Shown here piece by piece: positions 11,690 through 24,600 of a stretch of DNA of 44,190 nucleotides. The notes under the pieces were generated by a model. That model ran no database searches. It worked only from the letters and a program-made list of their open reading frames with translations, and was not told where the DNA came from. The number at the start of each line of letters is the position of its first letter. Within the stretch, counting starts at the first letter, position 1. The stretch is from Octopus sinensis (lineage: Eukaryota): contig NW_021835451.1 in assembly GCF_006345805.1 (NCBI RefSeq), positions 1-44,190 of the forward strand, read 5' to 3'. A program made the translations under genes and the position numbers.

Positions 11690-12200
11690 TGACTTAACAT
11701 GAATACTTCAGTGTTTGAAGACAACTACTTAAACAAGCCAGTGTACCAATAACTATTGGTATAAATGTCAAGTTATAATCTAGGTTACTGAAGTTATTAT
11801 TTCGAAGCATTTGTGTGTAAATATTCTCTTCATCACTGATTATGGAAGGAATTAAAAACTGCAGGGCAGCTGTCCTCTGTGACTCTGTTAATTTCGCTGC
11901 TTTATTATCTCCCAAACAACTCCATCAAAACAGTTGGGTTCGCACTTCGCAGAACTTTCTATCAGAATTTTCACCGAAAATTCTTTTGTTCTAAAACGAA
12001 TGCATTCAATGACAGAGGCATTATATAGAAATCTATCCAGAAGTAGTCTTTTCTCTGGTTGATATTGTAAAATGTATTCAAAACGACCTTCATGATACAC
12101 GGGAAGATAAGACCAGATTGACATTTTCCAACAACTCTTGATCACATGTGTAATGTCTTCCATAGAAACGTGACATAATTCTGACATTTCCAATCGTACC
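11690..12200 (-). mobile_element. Decayed non-LTR retrotransposon C-terminus with CCHC knuckle and restriction-like endonuclease (R4/Dong/NeSL-like)
   Basis: CHVSMEDITHVIKSCWKM..Y (CCHC remnant), PNCFDGVVWE (PD motif remnant), EENIYTQMLRN and FIPIVIGTLA (IPIIxGALG-like), across two frames. Confidence 0.7.
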
Positions 12201-12321
12201 TCGGGGATTTAAGCATTTCGCTGTCACATTTCTACTTAAGTATATATGTGTTTATTTACTTGTGTGTGTGTGTGTGTAAGAGGATACATAACCATAATAT
12301 TGTATCTATCTCCCCTCTTGT

Positions 12322-12431
<110 letters not shown>

Positions 12432-13149
12432 CACATTCACAGAGGTGGACGTGAGGGGGATGGAGGGAGACAGCTGTGTGTGTATGTATATATATGAATA
12501 ACACAGTGTACCTTTGATTGACCTATTGAATCCTTTAATCGCCGACTCCATTTCCTCCCATTGCCTTAAAGATTAAATAGAGAACCATGTACATTGTCAC
12601 GGATGAGGATATGTGCGCTGCGTGTATCTGGGTTCGCTTGTGTCTGTATTTGCCTGTGCTTGATAGTATCTGTGTACGCATACAGGATGCTGCATATATA
12701 TTCGTGCACGCAATCATATGTGTTATCAGTGTACATGCACTTATGAAAACATTTACGTGGGACTATTTTAATCCTTACACACACATCTATCTATCTATCT
12801 CCCTCTCTCTCTCTCACTATATATATATATATAGATATATATATACACAAACATACATACATACCTCTACATATGTGCGTGTTTGTTTGTGTGGAAAGAA
12901 AAAGGTGATAGTTAGAATTTTGGATAATATTGTATTTGCTCTTATGTCTCATTCATTGAGTTCTACAGAAAATTTCTTGGCCTTTTACACAAATCTGAAT
13001 AAGAATTTTTTGTTGTTGATATCTATGTGTATATGTGTGTATATGTGTACGTTGGTGCATGTGATCTCATTTATGTGTATGTATGTACATGCAAGCACAT
13101 GGTATATATATATATATATATTATGTGTGTGTGTGTGTGTGTGTGTGTG

Positions 13150-13290
13150 TATAGCGAGAATTCACAAAAAAAGACAAGACGAAGACAGGTGTGTAAACAA
13201 CGAACAGATGTATTAGTTTAATGCTCGGGAAGTGAGAAAGTCTTTTACGTTTCGAGCCTACGCTCTTCGACACAAAGGGACACAGAAATA
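13150..13290 (-). mobile_element. Dispersed repeat with a hammerhead-like motif (13242-13277)
   Basis: CUUU-GUGUCGA-A-GAGC-GUAG-GCUC-GAAACGUA-AAAG. The rest of the repeat recurs in the opposite orientation at 17522-17600. Confidence 0.7.
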
Positions 13291-13294
13291 AACA

Positions 13295-13590
13295 GGGAAT
13301 ACTTAATTCATCGACCACGAAAGGATGAAATGCACAGTCGACCTCCGCGGAATTTGAACTCAGAACGTAAAGACAGACGAAATACCTATTTCTTTACTAC
13401 CCACAAGGGGCTAAACACAGAGGGGACAAACAAAGACAGACAAACGGATTAAGTCGATTATATCGACCCCAGTGCGCAACTGGTACTTGTTTAATCGACT
13501 CATGTAGGATGAAAGGCAAAGTCGACCTCGGCGGAATTTGAACTCAGAACGTAACGACAGACAAAATACCGCTAAGCATTTCGCCGGTGT
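13295..13590 (-). mobile_element. Two tandem SINE family A copies (partial + near full)
   Basis: gcggaatttgaactcagaacgtaa occurs twice; the tail ccacaaggggctaaacac is reverse-complementary to that of 5433-5646. Confidence 0.9.
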
Positions 13591-14451
13591 GAAGAGAGAC
13601 ACTGACACTGAAGCAATGTAGTCGGTAATGTATCAGTTAAATCGTACCGACTGAGATTACTTCGTAGTTAAAACACGCTGTCTACGACGGCTCTATTGAT
13701 AAAACAAGGCAGCGTCTACTAAACGAACAACCAAATCGTTTACAGAACATAGGAGTAAAATCTGGATATTTTAGAAATAGCAATGAAATATTATTGATCA
13801 AACTACATGCTACTCTCTCTCTCTCTCTCTCAAGAAAAAAATCAGGACATATTTGATAATAGAGTGCTAGATGTATGGTAATGGTCTGAAAATCTCTGAT
13901 TGTAGGTTTTCTTAATAGTGTCAGCCTCTGGGCTAAGCAAAATCAACATGGATGCCAAAGAAATTTACCATCATCATCATTATCATCAATACATAACAAA
14001 CAAAGTTAAAGCTAAAGTAGTACCTCATCTACATTATATCTTAAATAAAGACACGATGATCACGGCTTGAACTCCTTTGATCATAGATCTGTACAATCAC
14101 GACTTACCTGGGGCTAAACAACGACAGTAATGGCCGCTATAGAAGTGTAAATGAATGTGTGTTCTTCAAATGCTGTGATTGAAAAATTCTGCTAAGAGAA
14201 CAAATTTGCAATTTCCTAGTTTATTAGTTCTGAAGAGAAATTCTTTAAGATTGGTAATGCTAATGTTCAATCCAGGACATTAACTGCATATTTTTTTTCG
14301 TAAATCTCTCGGCAATTACAAAGATTTGTATATAAAACAAATATGTCGGAAATCCGCCGCCTACAAGTGAATCTTGCTTCGGGTGGAATAGAGTCCACCA
14401 AACCAGCGACGATCATTAACTTTGAATGTCACCAGTGAATGGCTATATATA

Positions 14452-14638
<187 letters not shown>

Positions 14639-15169
14639 TATCATATATATATATATATTATATATATATATTATATATATATATATAATATATATTAGCC
14701 GATCTATTTATCTATCTATTTATCTACCCACCTACCAGTCTATATATCTTGTAATACATCAATTTATCCATCTACCCATCTATCTCTGTCCTCCCCACTC
14801 TCTATCTCTCTCCCTATATATATATGTGTGTGTATGTATATGTAAGTACACACACATATATTTGCAACATGTGTATGTGCGCGCGCTTTTTAGGTATGAT
14901 TTTACATAAAGTAGAGCTAAACATCACTGAAGTAGCACTCAGTGCCACCTGAGTGAGAAGTGGTTTTGGACTTTTGGATTATATAATCATGAAGAGTAGT
15001 AGCAATAACTTCAAAGTGTATCAAGTTCTTATGTAAATATATACGTGTGTCTGTCTCTTTGCCTGTCTGAGGTATAAATCTACATAACGTAGATCTAAAT
15101 ATTACTGAAGAAGCAATCCCTACAGGGAATCACGGAGGTATTTTTCACTTGCGTAATAGAGAAATATTC

Positions 15170-15420
15170 ATATAACTTTTGAATTATTCGTCGCTATAAC
15201 ATCGTCTCAGCACAGCAAAAGAATTATTGAAAACGTTTAATTTCTGATTCCTGATATCACCCAAATATATGTGACAATCTCTGATAGCAAGTTTTCGATA
15301 TAACACACTCTTTTTCCAAGACCTGTATCTCTCATCAACCGGTGTAAACTTGTTTCAATCTTACATATTTTTCTTGAAGCAGCTGTAACCGAGATATTCC
15401 TGCAAGTTCTCTACTTCATT
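15170..15420 (-). mobile_element. Possible very decayed RT-region fragment, colinear with the LINE relic at 11690-12200
   Basis: Weak KECV...YQR...I and NSFAV resemblance to the post-RT region of R4-like elements; many stops. Confidence 0.2.
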
Positions 15421-15756
15421 ATTTTTAATAGATACTTCATTTCATATTGAGTGCCTCTGCCAATAACTTTTTTTAGTTAAGTGGTCTTTATTTTCTAATA
15501 GAGAGCAGAAAATCTCCAAAATATAACAATCAATATGGCCTGTTATTCAGCAGGATAACAGCGGCCAGCAAACGTGGTCCTGTGCTGGGCGGTAAGGGCG
15601 GTGGTGAATACGTCCATAAATCTCATCTTTGCTCTTATACATATGTCATGAAATATTTCAAGCTCCCATGAGAATTTTACGTAAACATAAATTGATAATT
15701 ATACGAGATAGAGCGCTTGTGCATTTATGTTAGATACGAGAGTGTAAGTGATTGTA

Positions 15757-15801
<45 letters not shown>

Positions 15802-16465
15802 CTGAGATGTAAAGTTAAGTGCACAAATGTTATATATATTGATATTTCTATATATGGAATCTCTTATGGATACATCTTTGTACGCTCGTAAACGTATTCA
15901 CACGTGCTATTACGCACACGTTTAAGAACAAAGACAATATACATTTTCCTGCAAGTATATGGGGGATTTTAACTTTAGTGCATTTTAGGAGACAGAAATA
16001 CACAATCGCATCCATAATCTATAAACACACATACAACCAAATCGTTCACACACGGCATTGCATTAGATAGAAAAGACAAAAAAATACGCCTTCCAAGTGC
16101 ACAGGTGATCGTTATATTCGCTAACCGTGTGTCACAAGGAAATAACCACACGGATACAGAATTCTACACAAATACACACAGCATTCATTGCTCCCTCTGC
16201 CAAATGCTCTCCATAAAACGTCTCACTCTTTCTCTTTCCATTTCGCTGTCTCATTCGCTCTCTTTCTTTTCCTCTTTCTCTCTGCTTCTCTCTTACACAT
16301 AGAGGAATTTTTTTTTTTTTTTACATAGGTGCATGATGTAAACTTGATATTTATTCATCTAATAGTATATCAACACCCGAATACAGAATTACTCATACAA
16401 ATATATTCACAATCTCTCTCAATCTCTCTCGCCCTCCCTTTCTCTCTCTCTCTCTTTCTCTCCTA

Positions 16466-16497
<32 letters not shown>

Positions 16498-16674
16498 TTT
16501 TTCTTTCTGTCTCTTTCCGAACAAAAGCATGATTATACTTTTAAAGATGGAATTGCACACACATTTGTATTTAAATGTAAATGCTTTATATATATATATA
16601 TATATATACACACACATATGTATAAACATATATATATACCCACATTTATATACATACATGTATGTATATAATAT

Positions 16675-16726
<52 letters not shown>

Positions 16727-17150
16727 GTATATAGACGTATATACATATATATAAACGTATATCTTTATATATGCATATTTATATATGCATACATGTATGT
16801 GTATATATACACATATATATGCATATGTATATACAGGTATATATATGTGTGAGTGTGAATACGTACGAACACATAAACACGTACTAAAGTTAGACATACA
16901 AGAAAGAATATTGCTTCCAATAAAAAGTAAAAGAAAAAGGAAAAAAAAAGAAAGGAAGGAAGAAAGTAAAGCAGGAAGCTAACAAGTCGATGTCTAAAAG
17001 ACTTTAGAAGGCAAAAGAAATTCCTCATAAATTCCATAGAGAAGTATTAATGCTAAAGTATTGCCTAATTCCTCTCCTTTCAAAGCTGTGATCTCTTCTG
17101 AAAAATATGGTATGAGTATTCTTGGGTTCTTAGCGAATAAATAAAAAATG

Positions 17151-17194
<44 letters not shown>

Positions 17195-17247
17195 TTGTTG
17201 TGTGTGTGTGTGTGTGTGTGTTTTGTGTGTGTATATATGTGTGTATA

Positions 17248-17297
<50 letters not shown>

Positions 17298-17301
17298 CGT
17301 A

Positions 17302-17338
<37 letters not shown>

Positions 17339-17368
17339 GTGTGTGTGTATATATATATATATTATATA

Positions 17369-17402
<34 letters not shown>

Positions 17403-17455
17403 GATGTGTTGTGTGTGTGTCTATATTTATATAGATATATTATGTGTGTGTGTGG

Positions 17456-17502
<47 letters not shown>

Positions 17503-17521
17503 GTTGTATACATATATATAT

Positions 17522-17595
17522 GAGCGCTATACTAATACACCTGTTTGTTTTGTACACCACCTGTATTCGTCTTTTGTTTTTTTTTGTAACCTTTT

Positions 17596-17600
<5 letters not shown>
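17522..17600 (+). mobile_element. Fragment of the 13150-13290 repeat family lacking the ribozyme part
   Basis: gagcgctatactaatacacctgtttg...caccacctgtattcgtcttttg. Confidence 0.75.
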
Positions 17601-17666
<66 letters not shown>

Positions 17667-17824
17667 ATGGGTGTGTGTATGGGTGTGTATACTCGCACAT
17701 ACACACATGGACACACAAAGAAAGCGACGGGAGAGATAAACTTGTAGAAATATACAGAGGGGGAAAAATTGGAATATCTTAAACATTTGTGGTGAGTCTA
17801 CACAGTATGGGACATAGTCCCATA

Positions 17825-17857
<33 letters not shown>

Positions 17858-18952
17858 AGTGTGTGATTGGTTTGTTGTTGCTTCGCGAGTGTGTATTCTG
17901 CTGTTGTTGCTGGTTCTTGCCTTGGTTCCAACCATCGAAGCGGAGGAGACATTTTGGTTAAAGTCGCAAGAGTGATAATATGTGTACGTACATAGGATCC
18001 GCATTCGTTCGTCGATGTTCTTGTGCACGAGTTGCGTTTTAAGTGCATTAGTCTGTATGATACAGCATGAAGGCGATTGTGTGTGTGGTGGTGGTGGTGG
18101 TGGTGGAGTATGTATGGAAGTGTGTGTGTGTGTGTCGGTTTGTCTCTGGCTGTGTTTCGTGTGACATAAGCTGAACAGTAAGCAAGCTCAATGAAGCAAA
18201 AGTGAGAAGGGAAAATACAACAAATAAAAACGAAAAGAACATAAACAAAAAAAAATTGACCAGAAACGCAAACAAAATTATATATATATATACATATATA
18301 CACACATATATACATATATACATGCGCGTGTGTGCATATATATCCATGTATATATATATACATACACACATATATATTTATGCACATTTATATGTCTACA
18401 TACTTCTATGTATATATATATATATATATATATGCATGTGTATGTATGCATACGTATGTATGCATACATGTTGTACATGTGTGTATACATATGTATATGC
18501 ATTAAAGATTGAACATACGTATATAAATGCATATATAGATACAGATATACACAATACATATATACTGCAAATACACAAAAATTTCTATGTATATGCTTGT
18601 GTCTGCGTTTGTGTGTGTGCGTGTATTGATATATAAGTTACACACACGTACACAACACACACACACACACGCACACAAACCTATATTTAAATACACACAT
18701 TACAAACAGAATGCAAGGCTAAAAGCCAGATGGTGTTAAATCTATGCCATAGTGTGGTACTAAATGTTTTTTTATGCCATCACTTCGTTGCTGAACATAT
18801 TGTGTCGTATGTAACATATTGTACAGTAAATGTTTAACTATTTGTGTCTATGTGTATGTATGTATGTATGTCTGTATGTATGTATATTGTAGATATCTAT
18901 TTTCCATCTATCAACCTATATCTCTATGTATTTATGTCTCTCTTTCCCATGT

Positions 18953-18990
<38 letters not shown>

Positions 18991-19559
18991 ACATGGAAAT
19001 ATACACACATGTAGATATGTTAAAGCTAAGTTTTTACAATCATCAACATCGATGCGACAAGAAACATACTTCGCCTATTTCCCTTTCTGTCCGTCTGTCC
19101 CTCTCACTTTCTCTCCTCCTGTCTCCCCGCCACTTTCTCTCTTTCTTTCTTTCTTTCTCTCTTTTTCTGTCTTTGCCCGCTGCTAAAATGTGCTCAGATA
19201 ATCTCAGAAAAGCATTTGCGACTTGCTAAAGGATTATAAAGAACTTTTCTTTCCGTTGGTTGTTTTTTATTCGTACGACGACGGGGATCGAACCAGCTGA
19301 GTGCATTTAAAAGCATCAAACATACATAAATACTTATATAGACACAAAGGAAGATAGATACATACACACACACATATTCATATACATGCACACACGTATA
19401 TATACATATATATATATTCACACACACACAATTTGTGTGTCATGTAGCATTTTTTTTACGTGAAAAGAAGGTAAGATTGTAAGGCAGAAAGATGTGTTGC
19501 ATTGCTTTATATGAATCAATATAAAATTCGGATAATGAAAAGGCGAGAAGACCGTCGTG

Positions 19560-19620
19560 AAGATGTGACGTCATCGATATGTCGTTAGCCAGTTATACTC
19601 TATTTCCGGCGGAAACATTT
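19560..19620. promoter_or_regulatory. Candidate promoter motif cluster (perfect CRE + inverted GGAA pair)
   Basis: TGACGTCA at 19566-19573 and TTTCCGGCGGAAA at 19603-19615 in CpG-containing unique sequence. Confidence 0.3.
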
Positions 19621-20202
19621 TGAAATTTTTGGGGGTAATATATCGATGCTCTTGTTGTTGTTAATGTTCACTCTTATCTTTTCTTGATTTGTGTTGTTGT
19701 TGCCGCTGCTGTTTTTGCTGTTTTCTTTTTTTATCACTTTTCTCTTGCGAGAAAAGTGTGTGTGTGTGTGTGTCTGAAATGTCGCAGCTGCTAATACGGC
19801 CACAGTTGGGGGATTATCTCGAAGTAATATATTCCATGCTGCTTCCATAATGGTGATTTCATTCTGAGAAGTTTAACTCTCGATATGTCAAACCATGTAG
19901 TTAGAAGTAACTGCTGTTGGGGGCCGGTGTTGATCAACACATAAATAAACTCTGATTAAAGAGATCTATAGATACACCTGTTCCAACTCGGCCATGACTA
20001 ACCTGTCGATTCAATCACATTTTATCACTTTATCTCAGATAAATATATACAATAACCCCATGCATAATATCTGATTTGGCTGCTATTTCTTCCAGCTGGA
20101 TAGCCAACATAGCAGCGCCCTTGGTTGTTGATCCAAGGTAATTAGGTACATCTTAGCACACTCAAAGGTTCAGCGGTTTAATATAATATGAGGGTTTCTT
20201 CA

Positions 20203-20412
20203 GCCTTTAGCATTAAAACCGGCCATATCCGGCCCAAACATGTTACTTGTTTCATGCTGTAACTCGCTAGATTCAGCTTATAAAACCTATTTTTTAATAC
20301 CATTCTAAAAATAAATAATCTTATCAAAATTCCAAAATAATGCATCATTAATTACAAACAAGGTGAATGAAAAAGCATTACATTTTGACACAATAATCTC
20401 ATTGTTAAAGGG
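20203..20412. mobile_element. piggyBac-type MITE
   Basis: Ends TTCA|GCCTTTAGCATT ... ATTGTTAAAGGG|TTAA: degenerate CCC/GGG TIRs with a TTAA-like target. Confidence 0.7.
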
Positions 20413-20755
20413 TTAAGCTTTTACAATAAAATCAGATTTACGATTAAGCCATAAGAATGGGGGTTTCTGCCAATGAATACCTTAATGGACACCCTCAAGA
20501 AATACGACCGTAAAGTCTCCCACATCGGGCAACTATGACCATTACAAAAAATTCACCCGTTTTTGATCGATTCGGATTAAATTTTGTGAATTTAAACTTG
20601 TGCAATCAATACACTTGACACAAATAGCAGCGAGATCAGACCCTGATCCTTTATACTTGAATATATCTACGACAAGGAGAACATTTCTCTAAACCGTTGA
20701 TAGGGCGACTAAAGTGATATCTATATCTTTCTAGAATCACACTCTACTGCCTTAG

Positions 20756-20926
20756 AAGCAGAAAGACAAATTGGACAATGTCCTAGATGTGTTAAACGAT
20801 AGCCTGGTTACAGATACAATTGTTTGCATCGTACCTCTGTCCTGGAAACATTTTAACGAACATCGCATGGAGCTTACCAACAACGAAAATAATGACCCAA
20901 AAAGGGAAGTTTCGATTTTCTACTAA
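20756..20926 (+). CDS. Weak candidate terminal exon (KQKDKLDNVLDVLNDSLVTDTIVCIVPLSWKHFNEHRMELTNNENNDPKREVSIFY*)
   Basis: Acceptor ctctactgccttag| followed by 56 open codons in unique sequence; no homology recognised. Confidence 0.18.
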   Translation, partial: KQKDKLDNVLDVLNDSLVTDTIVCIVPLSWKHFNEHRMELTNNENNDPKREVSIFY

Positions 20927-21139
20927 TAGCAGCTATTTTGCCCTCAAATCATACGTCAGTGTTTAAATGTAGATCAATACTATATTAGATAACATACAGT
21001 TAAATATTTCTTTAAAAGTAGAAATATTCATATGAGGATCGCCTTTGATCAAAGGCCTGTTGAAAATAGTGACTAGGGTTAACCAACTACAGACTTGTAA
21101 ACAATGCCTGATAGATTAGCTCATATACGAGCTATGTTA

Positions 21140-21251
21140 GTACATGTGGATTATCGGGAGGTGAACAGAAACTAACGTTTCGCGTGTGGGGCTCTTCCTC
21201 AGTGAATAGCTTTGAAGATCGTACAATTGTTAGTGTCGGACAGAAAGCACT
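21140..21251 (-). repeat. Direct repeat copy 1 with a hammerhead-like core (CUGAGGA...GCGAAACGUU)
   Basis: ~112 bp closely matching 21629-21743. Confidence 0.85.
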
Positions 21252-21628
21252 TTCATTACCAGCTGTTATATCAAGAGCTATCAATTGATCCAACGATGAA
21301 TTGATGGCTGATTTGGGTGAAGTGTTATACTTTACGGTCGTTTAACTTGTGCAATTCGGTTGAATACCATAGATTGTATCAAATTCCCGAGGATTTCTTG
21401 ATGTGGTCATATCTCCTGGACTTGCAAGAAGTGGCAGCCAAATCTCTCACAACAATTTAAAATAATATAACGGTTAACATTAAATGTTTCTGAGAACGTA
21501 TCGTTGGCCATTTCTAGAACGCCAGTAGTGTTGGGCCTCTTGGATTAAAGCTTACCCAGGGTTAAAATGCAACGTAAACAACTGTAATGTGGTACTGTAC
21601 TGTTTGTTGATCAATGATAAATTCCAGT

Positions 21629-21743
21629 GTACATGTGGATTATTGGGTGTGGAATAGAAACTGACGTTTCGCGTTTGGGACTCTTCCTTAGTGAAGAGCT
21701 TTGAAGAAGATCGTACAATTGTTAGTGTCGGACAGAAAGCACT
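21629..21743 (-). repeat. Direct repeat copy 2 (CUAAGGA...GCGAAACGUC)
   Basis: Starts 489 bp after copy 1; 3-bp insertion. Confidence 0.85.
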
Positions 21744-21897
21744 GGGTTACCCGTTCAAGCACTTTATTCTTCGAGTTTCATTAACGTGGTTACCCTCTCC
21801 ATTCATCATTTATTTTGATCAGTAAATAGTTAAATGCAGTGGTTACTCTTCTTGCTTACCCACTCTTTTCATCTCTTTCCTCTTCCTTTCTCTGTCC

Positions 21898-21929
<32 letters not shown>

Positions 21930-22739
21930 TTCTCTCTCTCTCTCTCTCTCGCTCTCTCTCTCTCGCTTATCACATTGTATCTCGACTGATTCGCCCTACG
22001 AAAATTACACATCCATGAAACTTCTCAGCCATCTTTCCGTAGATATCACGTATTCATTTGAATGGAACAACTAAATGCTCATCCTCGGGAACGACGGAGG
22101 ACCCACCACCCGTCCATTGCTTCAAAACTAAAAGGGGCCATAATTCAAAAAGCCGTCATAGTTTTTCCTATTCTTAACCAGAACAGAATTTATTGATACC
22201 CAAGAAACAAAACTCTTAGATTCGATAAAAAATCAATAAAACCAGTAATCAATATCGGATAACAAACAACCGCAGAGGACTTCATTAAAATATTTCGTTA
22301 TCTCTTTCGTTCCATATCCGTTTTCTCTGTTTCCTCTGTCTATTTAAGTCCGAGTCTATCAAACGATTCAATCTATGATTTGTATCCAAATAAGACAAAG
22401 ACACAATGTTTACCTTGAATTTACTCACGCCTTTATCATTATCCGCCATTTCCTTCCACCTCTTTCCTTCTTTCTTTCATTCTCTTTCCTTCTTTAGTGC
22501 TTTCGTTGTTTCTTTCTATTTTGCGTGCTTGTCTCTCTTTCTTCTTTGTCATTCTCCTCTTTCAATCTTCTTCATCTTCATATTCGTCTGCCACTGCTGC
22601 TGATGTCTTTTACTGGTCATCATCCATTTTCTTCTTCTTCTCCTTCTTCTTTTCCTTCTTCTTCTTCTTCTTCTTCTTTTCCTTGTTGTTGTTGTTCTTC
22701 TTCTTCTTCTTGTAGTCATGTCATCACCAACATCATCAT

Positions 22740-23198
22740 CATTGCCGATACAATTGAGCGCCGCTGTCCATGTAATCGACGCAACTCAACCCACGAAATT
22801 ATTGACCTTGTCCCTAAATTCGAAATCGTAGTTATTAAGGTTGTAGTTTTGGCCTCGGTCTATCTGTTCTGCAGTATTTGTCCCGGCACTTTATGTTTTG
22901 AATTCAAATCGAACTAAAGGCATTATTGATTTTCAGTCAAATATCAACTGTTACCCCATGGTCATGCGTTTATCTTTAAAAGTGAATGGCTGCCAGCTGA
23001 CAAAATTATTTGCATATCGGGCAAAACGTTTAACTGCATTTTTTCGACTTTGCCTTTTGTCCTTTCGGCGTCGATAGATTAAGTACCAGCGAAATACTGG
23101 GGTCGATGTAATCGACTAGTCCCCTCCTCCACGAAAAAACTCAGGTCTTGTGCGTATAGTAGAAAAGATTATTATTAGTAGTAGTAGTAGTTGTAGTG

Positions 23199-23232
<34 letters not shown>

Positions 23233-23255
23233 CAGTAGTAGTAGTAGTAGTTGTG

Positions 23256-23295
<40 letters not shown>

Positions 23296-23475
23296 CAGCA
23301 GCAGCAGCAGCAGCATTAGAGCTGGTTCGGGAAGAATCGTTAGCGGTATCTCTTGAAACTCTATATGTCTGATTGTGTTCAAATTCTGCCGAGACCGACT
23401 TTGCTTTTCATCCTTTCGGAATCGGTAAAACACTGTATCAGTTGAGCGGAGGGGGTCAAAGAACTCGACTTACGC
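22740..23475 (+). mobile_element. Cluster of decayed SINE family A copies separated by (ATT)n/(AGT)n/(AGC)n
   Basis: gactttgcctttt.tcctttcgg, ggggtcgatgtaatcgact, caggtcttgtgcgtatagtagaaaagattatt and gttcaaattctgccgag. Confidence 0.8.
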
Positions 23476-24419
23476 CACCCACTGAAAAACAGCTGACACT
23501 GCATTCAGCCACCTGTTTACTGAGGAGACTTGCTGCAAATTTACTGTCTTAAATATACGTGGAAAAGGTTAAAAGCAAGAACAAAATCATCAGAATGGAA
23601 TTTTATTTGAGACATCATTTTTGCCTGACTTCCGTTTGGTTCCGTCATGAAATAACCGATTAGAATGGACCAATAAAAGCAGCAAGCAATCAAAACTACA
23701 AGACCAACATCACATTGAGGTTTATGGAAGTTAGCCAACTGTCTGAAATTAGGAGAGAACAATTAAATATCTTTATCAGTTAAAATTTCACAAGATTAAA
23801 AAGGCAGGACTAATTTTTCGACATGACCTTCAAGATTAGAATCACATTAAACAGGAAGCCGGGCGACTAGATTAAAACATTTATCGATAAATGATAAAAA
23901 GATTTTTATTTATTATTTGAAGCGGTGCCAATATTTGGTCGATTTAATAGAAAGAGAAAGAGAATTTTACATGGGAGAATAATTATTTTGATTTTTCACA
24001 AAGGAACGCATTACGTTAAAGACATTCGGCTGTTGAAGCAATGATCATTAGTTGCTAATCATATTTTCTAAACTCAGCAGGAGCCAATGCTGGTTTGTAA
24101 ATTATTGGAAAAATCGTAAGGGCAAGGCCTTTCCTGCAACCCTTTGCAATAGACATAACAATGAAATCTTGTGATAGCAAGAATAAAACTATGTGATTGC
24201 TTTGTAGAATTAACCGAGTGTCTATGTTTATATTGGTTCAGCTTTGTATTTCAATTTCGCTAAAACAATTAATTCTAAAGCTACTGGTTCTTCCACAGGT
24301 TAAGTTTCTGTGTTTCCTCAGCCAGTAAATACAAGCTTTGTACTTAAAATCAGGCCATATATGACCCCCACGTCTCAAACTACTTCACTTCAATATTTCT
24401 TTGTCTCATTCGTCTAAAA

Positions 24420-24600
24420 CCATTTCCTAAGTATTTTCATTGAGACTTATTCTGCTCCTTCACCTTTACGACTCTCTGGAACCCACGTTTGTCTTCCTCC
24501 AGAAATATGTCCTTTTCCAACACTAACATCAATTGCACGAACTACGAATATCCACCCATGAACTATCATCTAATCCCCAAAACAGTGTCCTTTCTTCGAA
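24420..24600 (-). mobile_element. Possible RTE-clade LINE C-terminal fragment
   Basis: VLEKDIFLEEDKRG resembles the RTE LEKxIMLG..G.R.RG motif; otherwise decayed. Confidence 0.3.

Noticed and set aside
17889-17975. Signal-peptide-like ILLLLLVLALVPTIEA-EETFW
   Set aside because: No in-frame ATG, an early stop, and TG-rich low complexity that yields L/V runs by chance.
22525-22917. 130-aa ORF
   Set aside because: (TTC)n repeat followed by decayed SINE-A sequence.
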